This document shows positions 1 through 7,037 of a stretch of 52,106 bases of DNA, one piece after another. The stretch covers positions 1 through 52,106 of the IMG/VR virus record IMGVR_UViG_3300020042_009327, one strand, 5' to 3'. The DNA is from a virus. Its lineage: Duplodnaviria > Caudoviricetes. The notes under the pieces were generated by a model. The model saw nothing but the letters and a program-made list of their open reading frames with translations, had not been told where the DNA came from and ran no database searches. The position numbers and the translations under genes are program-made. Position 1 is the first letter of the stretch, and each line of letters begins with the position of its first letter.

Positions 1-26
1 TCTTTTTCATTCGTTTTTGTTGCCAT
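1..26 (-). CDS. 5' end of a gene running off the window (MATKTNEK...)
   Basis: ATG at 26-24, preceded by the A/T-rich leader AATTAAATCAAATTAT and a copy of the repeated promoter motif at 61-88. Confidence 0.55.
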
Positions 27-60
27 ATAATTTGATTTAATTGTTAATGTTCTTATTAAT

Positions 61-88
61 ATAATTACGTATTTTTATTATTTTTTAG
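61..88 (-). promoter_or_regulatory. Putative phage-sigma promoter, copy 1 (CTAAAA...ACGTAATTAT)
   Basis: The motif TAAA-N12-13-A[CT]GT[AG]AT recurs in several intergenic gaps upstream of - strand genes. Confidence 0.55.
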
Positions 89-106
89 TCATTTATTGAA
101 TTTAAC

Positions 107-865
107 TTAAAGAAAATCAAGTACTTGCGAGGAATCGACATTATTAATTAATTTAGCTATTGCTTGCTTTTTTAATTCGTAAACTCTAACATAAGAACTT
201 TTACCTTGGAAGTTTAACTTCTCTGCAATTGCTACAGCGGAATGTTTATCACAATCTAAACCGTAACTTAATCTTAACACATCGTATTCTTCTTGATTCA
301 AATGTCTTTTTAATAATGAAGTGAGATAAGCATTCATAATACATATATTATACGGTTCAGATTCATCTTTGACTTGGTATAACATATTCTCTTCGTCTTC
401 ATCATTAAGCTGTTCGTCGATGCTTAAGAATATAGAATTAAAAAACATTGCAACCATCTCTTTATTTTGACCATTATCTTTTCTGATCTCAATTAATTTA
501 TGTTCTGGCAGCTTTATATTGCCTCTATTGATGTCTAATGCTCTTCTAATCGAGCCTTTAATTCTTTTTGATAAGAATGACTTTAATGTTTTTTCTATGT
601 CCTTAGAATCGTTTAATTGTGTCCAGTCTAATCTATTAACTGCTTGTATTAATCCATAACTTCCTTCTTGTATTAGATCTGTAATATCCATTACACCTGC
701 TGCTTGTTGTGAGGTAGAGAATTTTCTAGATATGTTTTCAACTAATGGTAAAAACTTGTTAATCAATTCATCTCTGGTATATTCACTCCATGCTTTATTA
801 ATTGGTTGCCCAGCAATAACATCTTTCTTATATCTTAAATAATTTTGTAAGTTATAACTTTTCAT
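107..865 (-). CDS. Phage RNA polymerase sigma factor (sigma70 family, group-3/FliA-like)
   Basis: Region 2 motifs RDELINKFLPLVENISRKF, DLIQEGSYGLIQAV and RIKGSIRRALD; region 4 HTH EYDVLRLSYGL...IAEKL...RVYELKKQAIAKL. Confidence 0.9.
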   Translation of the reverse strand: MKSYNLQNYLRYKKDVIAGQPINKAWSEYTRDELINKFLPLVENISRKFSTSQQAAGVMDITDLIQEGSYGLIQAVNRLDWTQLNDSKDIEKTLKSFLSKRIKGSIRRALDINRGNIKLPEHKLIEIRKDNGQNKEMVAMFFNSIFLSIDEQLNDEDEENMLYQVKDESEPYNICIMNAYLTSLLKRHLNQEEYDVLRLSYGLDCDKHSAVAIAEKLNFQGKSSYVRVYELKKQAIAKLINNVDSSQVLDFL

Positions 866-1194
866 AATTGTTTATTTAATAATTCTTTTTCTTTTTTAAG
901 TTCATTACTCATATTGCGATGTATTGTTCTCGTTGAACATTTAAAATGCTCTGCAATATTCTTTATTGTTATTTTCTGCGATAGATCATGCATGTAAATC
1001 ATTGCTTCATATATATCAGATTCAGTTACTTTTTTACTTTTACCAATTATATGTCCTACAATTGATAGTTTTTCAGACGTTGTTAAACCTGTATTGTCTT
1101 TAAATATAATCTTACGCAATTTGTTTGGTGGTGGTTTTTCTAAATCAACCATGCTAACATCATATAATATATTTTCTAAAGCATGTTCTGATAT
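862..1194 (-). CDS. HTH DNA-binding protein, probably N-terminally truncated at the ~1190 junction
   Basis: C-terminal HTH ITIKNIAEHFKCSTRTIHRN; frame stays open upstream of Met1152 (ISEHALENILYDVS-MVDL); ATAA/ATG overlap with the sigma gene. Confidence 0.65.
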   Translation of the reverse strand: MSEHALENILYDVSMVDLEKPPPNKLRKIIFKDNTGLTTSEKLSIVGHIIGKSKKVTESDIYEAMIYMHDLSQKITIKNIAEHFKCSTRTIHRNMSNELKKEKELLNKQL

Positions 1195-1447
1195 TGATAA
1201 GTTTAGATATTCAGCAAAAGAATATAATTATGACAGTCAAGCATATATTTATTCTACATATTTTAATATGGACATGGTATTTATAGCTGTTGATAAGAAG
1301 TCTAGAAAGATTGGTATTTATGATTGTTCACCACAATTTTTAGAATCAGGTAAAGACAAAGTAGAACGAGCAGTGGAAGCTTACAGATTATTCCACAAAA
1401 CAGAGAATTTTGATATTAAAAATTATTGTATAACCGAAACCCTTTAA
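1187..1447 (+). pseudogene. C-terminal fragment of a PD-(D/E)xK exonuclease (RecE/ExoVIII/DUF3799-like)
   Basis: SDIDKFRYSAKEYNYDSQAYIY has the YxxQxxxY motif followed by MVFIAVDK; the upstream DxK catalytic segment is absent and replaced by antisense of the HTH gene. Confidence 0.6.
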
Positions 1448-1451
1448 AACC

Positions 1452-1622
1452 ATGAAAAAAGTAATTTTAACATTAGCAACAGTAACAACGTTATTAGTAT
1501 CTTGTAATGACAAGAAAACAGAACAAGCACCAGCAACAGACACGGTCAAAGCAGCTGATTCAATGAGTACAGATTCTACAACAGTAGATTCAACACAAAT
1601 TGATACAACAAAAACAAAATAA
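1452..1622 (+). CDS. Small lipoprotein, 56 aa (not in ORF track)
   Basis: Hand translation MKKVILTLATVTTLLVSCNDKKTEQAPATDTVKAADSMSTDSTTVDSTQIDTTKTK; SPII lipobox LVS-C; D/S/T-rich tail. Confidence 0.8.
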   Translation: MKKVILTLATVTTLLVSCNDKKTEQAPATDTVKAADSMSTDSTTVDSTQIDTTKTK

Positions 1623-1649
1623 TTATTAATTAATAAACAATTAAATCTT

Positions 1650-1964
1650 ATGGCTAGTATAATAAAAGCGAGCATCAACTTAAATGAAATCCCAAAGAAC
1701 AAGATCATCGATGGTAAGAAGGGAAAATACTTACCAATCACAATTACATTAAATAACGAACCTGATCAGTTTGGTAATCAAGGACCAATGATTGTAGAAC
1801 AATCAAAAGAAGAAAGAGAAAGTAAAGCACCAAAAGTTTACTTAGGTAATGTAAAAATTGTATGGACTGACGGTACAAACGTAGCAGCAGCACCAAGAAC
1901 AGATGCTGGAGTAGCACAACAATATGCACCACCATCAGCACCAGAAGATGATTTACCATTCTAA
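1650..1964 (+). CDS. Putative single-stranded DNA-binding protein
   Basis: Short beta-rich core, flexible linker and acidic C-terminal DDLPF tip typical of SSBs; lies in the replication module. Confidence 0.7.
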   Translation: MASIIKASINLNEIPKNKIIDGKKGKYLPITITLNNEPDQFGNQGPMIVEQSKEERESKAPKVYLGNVKIVWTDGTNVAAAPRTDAGVAQQYAPPSAPEDDLPF

Positions 1965-1988
1965 AATTATAATGCAATTTATTTAGTT

Positions 1989-2011
1989 AAACCCCACAAG
2001 TTGGGGTTTTT
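1989..2011 (+). terminator. Intrinsic terminator
   Basis: AAACCCCA-caagt-TGGGGTTT hairpin running into a T tract. Confidence 0.8.
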
Positions 2012-2047
2012 CTATCTATAATTATTAACAATCAAATTAAATACTAA

Positions 2048-3775
2048 ATGCAAACAACTGAGATAAATGGTTTCTTGATTGACCAATTCAATCAATACAA
2101 GCTTGAAGAAGGGAAGTCGCAAGGTATTTGTCCGTTGTGTTCACCTGATAGAAAGCCTAAAAATGAAAAAGCAAAATGTGCTTCTTATGATTGGGAACGA
2201 GGTATTGGTACTTGTCATAACTGTTCTAAAACATTTCAACTTCATACTTATCAACGCAAAGGTAAAAGTGAAAAAGTATATGTTAAACCTGAGAGAGATG
2301 CGGTTATTGATTCTGGTTTAGATTATCCTTATAATGAAAAAGTATTAAAGTGGTTTAATGATAGAGGTATATCACAAGCAACATTACAAGAATTAAGAAT
2401 ATCTGAGGGTAAAGAATTTATGCCGCAAACTGGCAAAACTGAAAATGCTATACATTTCAATTACTTTGTTGGCGATCAATTAATAAACATAAAATACCGA
2501 GACGGTAAAAAGAATTTTAAATTATATAAAGGCGCTGAAAAAGTTTTTTATAATATAAATAGTATTGTTGGTTATGAGTATTGTGTTATTGTTGAAGGTG
2601 AAATGGACGTCCTTGCATTACACGAAGCAGGAATAACTAATGCAATATCTGTTCCAAATGGAGCAACATTAGGTACAAACAATCTTGAATACTTAGATAA
2701 TTGTATTGATTATTTTGATGATAAAGAAAGAATCATTATTGCGGTTGATTCTGATCCTGCTGGTCAAGCATTACAAACAGAGCTAGTTAGAAGATTAGGC
2801 TCTGAAATCTGTTATATCGCATCGTTTGAAGATTGCAAAGATGCAAATGAATATTTACTTAAATATGGTCCTGAAGCTCTATCACAAAGAATTTCAAGAT
2901 CTAAACCTGTTCCTTTAGAAAATGTTACAACTTTTAGAGATATTGAAGATGAAGTTACGGACTTTGTTCGAAACGGATTCAAACCTGGTTTCCAAGTTGG
3001 CTTGGATAATTTTGATAATATTTTTTCTACGTACACTGGTCAATTCATTACTGTTACCGGTATACCGTCTTCTGGTAAGTCTGATTTCGTAGATCAAATG
3101 GTTATTGGGTATAATGAAAAGTATGGGTGGAAAACAGCTTATGCTTCACCTGAGAATACCCCAACATATTTGCATGCTCACAAGTTAATGCGTAAAACAT
3201 GGCAAGGCATGCCTACAGTAGCAGATATTAAATCTGAAAAGTGGAATCAAGTAGCTGATCATGTTAATGACAATTATTTTTTCATTGATATGGAGCGTTA
3301 TACATTAGATTCAGTCCTTAGAAAAGGAGCAGAGCTTGTTAAACGCAAAGGAATCAAATGTTTAGTTATTGATCCATTTAATAAAGTAAGAGATAACGAT
3401 GCTTCTGGAGATGTAAACGTTTATACATTAGAATATTTAAGTAAGATTGAAATCTTTGCTAAAAAGTATGATGTACTTGTTATGATTGTAGCTCACCCTA
3501 CAAAAATGTATAAAGATACAAAAGGTAATATTGAAGAACCTACTATGTATAATATTAAGGGTGGTGGTGAATGGTATGATGCTTCTTATCATGGTTTATT
3601 AGTTCATAGAAACTATGAAGATAAAACTGTTAAGGTTAAAGTATTAAAATGTAAGTTTCAAAATCTTGGAGAGAATGGTGCTGAATGTCATTTTAAATGG
3701 GAAAGTCAAAGTGGTTGCTTTATTCCTCATATACCAATTGATACTTCTAATGATAAAATGCCTTGGGAAATTTAA
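2048..3775 (+). CDS. Primase-helicase (T7 gp4/Twinkle-like)
   Basis: Zn finger CPLC...CHNC, TOPRIM EGEMD and DSD, Walker A GIPSSGKS, Walker B VIDPFN, VAHPTK. Confidence 0.95.
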   Translation: MQTTEINGFLIDQFNQYKLEEGKSQGICPLCSPDRKPKNEKAKCASYDWERGIGTCHNCSKTFQLHTYQRKGKSEKVYVKPERDAVIDSGLDYPYNEKVLKWFNDRGISQATLQELRISEGKEFMPQTGKTENAIHFNYFVGDQLINIKYRDGKKNFKLYKGAEKVFYNINSIVGYEYCVIVEGEMDVLALHEAGITNAISVPNGATLGTNNLEYLDNCIDYFDDKERIIIAVDSDPAGQALQTELVRRLGSEICYIASFEDCKDANEYLLKYGPEALSQRISRSKPVPLENVTTFRDIEDEVTDFVRNGFKPGFQVGLDNFDNIFSTYTGQFITVTGIPSSGKSDFVDQMVIGYNEKYGWKTAYASPENTPTYLHAHKLMRKTWQGMPTVADIKSEKWNQVADHVNDNYFFIDMERYTLDSVLRKGAELVKRKGIKCLVIDPFNKVRDNDASGDVNVYTLEYLSKIEIFAKKYDVLVMIVAHPTKMYKDTKGNIEEPTMYNIKGGGEWYDASYHGLLVHRNYEDKTVKVKVLKCKFQNLGENGAECHFKWESQSGCFIPHIPIDTSNDKMPWEI

Positions 3776-3778
3776 TAT

Positions 3779-4123
3779 ATGGGTAGTGGATTTAAAAAGA
3801 AAGAAACTGTTGATATGGGTAACTATGCACCCAATGACAGAGAACAAGCCGCTAAAGATTGGTGTATAAAAAATAAAATATTTGTTTCACCAACAGCAAA
3901 GAATGCATCAGAATGGTACCTTACTATTACAAACAATAGTAAAGTAACACAGAGTCCTTTAACTTATAAGAAAGTAGAAATATGGAAAGAGCTTTTTAAA
4001 TTCTATACTTATTATTATGACAAATATAGTGGCGTTGAAGTAATTAAGAAAGTAGAACCTAAAAAAGTTATTAAAGAAGAAATTGAGAAACCAAAACAAA
4101 TTATTAATTATGAACTATTCTAA
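3779..4123 (+). CDS. Hypothetical protein
   Basis: 114-aa ORF tightly packed between the helicase and the thyA-like gene. Confidence 0.7.
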   Translation: MGSGFKKKETVDMGNYAPNDREQAAKDWCIKNKIFVSPTAKNASEWYLTITNNSKVTQSPLTYKKVEIWKELFKFYTYYYDKYSGVEVIKKVEPKKVIKEEIEKPKQIINYELF

Positions 4124-4124
4124 T

Positions 4125-4895
4125 ATGACGCAACAATATGAAGAGCAATATCGAGATCTATTGCAAGAATGCATTCTTACAGGTACTAAACGAGCTGATA
4201 GAACTGGAGTTGGTAGTAAATCAATATTCAATGCTAGTTTAAAAGTTGATGTTTCAAAACATTTTCCTTTGATAACAGGTAGAAAGATGTTTCAAAAAAC
4301 ATTTGATACAGAATTTGAATGGTTTATGAATGGGGAAACAAATACAAAACGATTTAAAGAAGCTGGCGTAAAGATATGGGATGCTTGGGCAGATGAAAAT
4401 GGAGATCTTGGTCCTGTATATGGTTATCAGATGAGAGACTTTAATGGGCAAGGTATTGATCAAATGCAATTATTAATACAAAGTATAATATTAACGCCAG
4501 ACAGTAGAAGACATATTATTAGTTTATGGAATCCTGCACAAATTAAAGAAATGCGATTACCACCTTGTTATTTATATTTTCAATTCTTTATAGAAGGTGA
4601 TAAAATTAATATGTTTGTATTACAAAGATCAGGAGATTTATTTTTAGGCATCCCGTATGATATGGCATTGTTTACTAAAATACTTTTATATATAGCAACA
4701 TTAACGGAGTATAAACCAAATTTGTTAGAGGTACAGATTATTGATGCACACATTTATGATAATCAAATAGAAGCTGTTGATAAATATTTACAACAACCAA
4801 TGTATGTACAACCAACATACGAATATAAATTAAATGAGTTAAAACTAATTAATTATAATCACGGCCCAGTAATTACTGCAAAAGTAGCCGTTTAA
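4125..4895 (+). CDS. thyA: Thymidylate synthase-family enzyme with N177D and H147Y substitutions (possible dCMP methylase/hydroxymethylase)
   Basis: DRTGVG, IWDAWAD, GPVYG, DSRR, PPCY, QRSGDLFLGIPYD, DAHIY, C-terminal KVAV; ATG 4125 directly follows the upstream stop. Confidence 0.9.
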   Translation: MTQQYEEQYRDLLQECILTGTKRADRTGVGSKSIFNASLKVDVSKHFPLITGRKMFQKTFDTEFEWFMNGETNTKRFKEAGVKIWDAWADENGDLGPVYGYQMRDFNGQGIDQMQLLIQSIILTPDSRRHIISLWNPAQIKEMRLPPCYLYFQFFIEGDKINMFVLQRSGDLFLGIPYDMALFTKILLYIATLTEYKPNLLEVQIIDAHIYDNQIEAVDKYLQQPMYVQPTYEYKLNELKLINYNHGPVITAKVAV

Positions 4896-4904
4896 ATCAA
4901 ATTT

Positions 4905-5783
4905 ATGTATTTTATTTATCACATTCCGACTAAAAAAATAGGAGTTACACGTAATCTTAATAAGAGAGTAACTATAGCGCAAGGCTATAAGATTGGAGAA
5001 TACGAAGTTCTGGAAGCATCTGAAGATATAGATTATATATCAAAGAGAGAATCAGAGCTTCAACGTTTATACGGCTACAAGGTAGATCGAGATTCTTATA
5101 AAAAAGTAATTAATAAACCTAAAAAATCAAATAAAATGAAATTAAATGTAACAGATCAAACAACAACATTTCCTTGCCCAGTGAATAAACTAAAAGGACA
5201 ATTAAACGATGCAATTGGATTAACTTTTGAAACTCCATTTGGTAATTATCTATTAAATAAAGAATTGATTACCTGGATAATGAATAATGTAAAAGTTTCA
5301 ATGTTCAATCCTAACCGATGCTTTATATATAATAAAGCCTTACATGAAGCCGTAGCAACCAATTTTAATCCTATTAAGCATATAGAAGAAACACTAGCAC
5401 CTCCAGCAAAAGAACAACCAAATGTTTATGATTTAATAAGAGAGTGGGCTGATGAACGCGGATTATATAGAAACGGTGATGCTAAAACACAATTTGTTAA
5501 ATTACAAGAAGAAGCAGGCGAATTAGCAAGAGCAATACTTAAAAATGATAGAGAAGAATTTATAGATGCTATTGGTGATATGATGGTTGTATTAACAAAC
5601 TTAGCTGCAATAGAAGGATTAAAAGTAGAAGATTGTGTTGTATCAGCATATACTGTTATTAAAAACCGTACAGGTAAAATGGTTAATGGATCTTTTGTTA
5701 AAGATACGGTTTCAAAAACATATAATTCAAATGAAATAAAAATGAATCCATATCCAGGTGTAACAATTAAAACAACTTTATAG
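4905..5783 (+). CDS. GIY-YIG-like N-terminal domain fused to a MazG-like NTP pyrophosphohydrolase
   Basis: N-term YFIY...KIGVT...KR...E; C-term IREWADERG...KLQEEAGELARA...DAIGDMMVVL (EExxE...D..D). Confidence 0.8.
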   Translation: MYFIYHIPTKKIGVTRNLNKRVTIAQGYKIGEYEVLEASEDIDYISKRESELQRLYGYKVDRDSYKKVINKPKKSNKMKLNVTDQTTTFPCPVNKLKGQLNDAIGLTFETPFGNYLLNKELITWIMNNVKVSMFNPNRCFIYNKALHEAVATNFNPIKHIEETLAPPAKEQPNVYDLIREWADERGLYRNGDAKTQFVKLQEEAGELARAILKNDREEFIDAIGDMMVVLTNLAAIEGLKVEDCVVSAYTVIKNRTGKMVNGSFVKDTVSKTYNSNEIKMNPYPGVTIKTTL

Positions 5784-5784
5784 T

Positions 5785-6042
5785 ATGACAGAAAAAAGTA
5801 TTAAGTTTCGAGACCCAGTAGTTGAACGAGTAGTAGATAAATTCATTTCAAGATCTGATGTAGGTTACAAAAAATATGGTGTTACATTAGAACAAGACCA
5901 ATCAAGAATTTTTGAATGGCTTAATCATTTACAAGAAGAATTAATGGATGCTGTTCTTTATTTACAGAAAGCTAAAGAAGTTTATTCAGAAGATCTTATG
6001 GATGCTGTAATAAGAAGAATAGAGAAGAATGAAGAGAACTAA
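5785..6042 (+). CDS. Small all-alpha NTP-pyrophosphatase-like protein
   Basis: GYKKYG...WLNHLQEELMDAVLYL has the EExxD helix of the MazG/dimeric dUTPase superfamily. Confidence 0.6.
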   Translation: MTEKSIKFRDPVVERVVDKFISRSDVGYKKYGVTLEQDQSRIFEWLNHLQEELMDAVLYLQKAKEVYSEDLMDAVIRRIEKNEEN

Positions 6043-6472
6043 AAAGAAAGGACCAGTTGTGTCAAAGAAAGTGGTGTATGATGGCATCACTTTCGCTTCC
6101 GGTCTTGAAAAGTATATGTACAAAGCATTGCAAGATGCTGGTATAAAATTTCATTATGAGTATAAAACTTACGAACTAATACCTGCTTTTAATTTTGATA
6201 ACGATTGTTTTGAAAGGCAATCTAATAGCAAAGGTGATTTTATAAATAGGGGTAACAAGAAAGTACTTAATTTGAAATACACACCAGATTTTGAAGGTGA
6301 AAGTTTTATTATAGAAACTAAAGGCAGAGCTAATGACTCATTTCCTTTACGTTGGAAAATGTTTAAAAAGCACATGAAAGATAATGGTGATACAAGAACC
6401 TTATATAAACCTCAAAAAAATTCTGAATGCGACGAGACAGTACGATTAATCCTTTTGAAACAAAAAGATTAG
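6029..6472 (+). CDS. PD-(D/E)xK endonuclease (T7 endonuclease I/DUF1064-like resolvase)
   Basis: FASGLE, YTPDF and IIETKG motifs. Confidence 0.85.
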   Translation: MKRTKKKGPVVSKKVVYDGITFASGLEKYMYKALQDAGIKFHYEYKTYELIPAFNFDNDCFERQSNSKGDFINRGNKKVLNLKYTPDFEGESFIIETKGRANDSFPLRWKMFKKHMKDNGDTRTLYKPQKNSECDETVRLILLKQKD

Positions 6473-6612
6473 CAAGGCAAAGATATGCAGATAGACAAAT
6501 CGAAAAATGGTATATGTGGTCATTTGAAACGTTTGGCAAAATAAGATATAAAGAACTAATAAAAACAATAGAGATGTTTAATAACCCAAAACAAACGAAA
6601 GATGACATTTAA
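6427..6612 (+). CDS. Hypothetical protein
   Basis: 61-aa ORF filling the gap in the operon; start uncertain. Confidence 0.5.
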   Translation: MRRDSTINPFETKRLARQRYADRQIEKWYMWSFETFGKIRYKELIKTIEMFNNPKQTKDDI

Positions 6613-6763
6613 CGGAAATGCAGGCAGAAACTTCTGGTCTTTAGAGATTGGAGTATATCCAGGTATACTATTTGGATATAGAGTATATGAATATGATGAT
6701 GCTTTAATGCACGTATTATATATACCATTTTTTGATATATCACTTGAAATAAGTAAAGACTAA
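6602..6763 (+). CDS. Hypothetical protein, 53 aa (not in ORF track)
   Basis: Hand translation MTFNGNAGRNFWSLEIGVYPGILFGYRVYEYDDALMHVLYIPFFDISLEISKD; fills the operon gap. Confidence 0.6.
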   Translation: MTFNGNAGRNFWSLEIGVYPGILFGYRVYEYDDALMHVLYIPFFDISLEISKD

Positions 6764-6781
6764 TAATTAAAACTAAAAAGA

Positions 6782-7036
6782 ATGAAAGAGAACGAGTTAA
6801 TCGGAATGAAGAATAAAATAGCTTCATTAACTAACATTGTACAATATCTGTTACAAGAAAACCAAAACATAAAGACATTAGCTTCAGGTACATTTGAAAC
6901 AATTAGGTTTATGCCTGATTATGATGAAGCTGTAGCAAAGTTAGCTGAAAAGGTAAAAGAAGGTGCAGAAGCAAGACCAGAGAATATTGAAGTAGTAGAT
7001 GAAGAAATAGTAACCCCTAAATTAGAAATAGATTAA
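6782..7036 (+). CDS. Hypothetical protein
   Basis: 84-aa ORF with A-rich leader, abutting the RNR gene. Confidence 0.7.
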   Translation: MKENELIGMKNKIASLTNIVQYLLQENQNIKTLASGTFETIRFMPDYDEAVAKLAEKVKEGAEARPENIEVVDEEIVTPKLEID

Positions 7037-7037
7037 T

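Noticed and set aside
1094-1186. N-terminal 31 aa of the listed + strand ORF 1094..1447
   Set aside because: It is the antisense of the HTH frame and lacks nuclease motifs; only the part from ~1187 looks genuine
1388-1977. Listed - strand ORFs 1388..1741 and 1744..1977
   Set aside because: Antisense shadows of the lipoprotein and SSB genes
4083-4124. Extended thyA start at 4083
   Set aside because: It overlaps the upstream gene; ATG 4125 matches the usual ThyA N-terminus and follows the upstream stop
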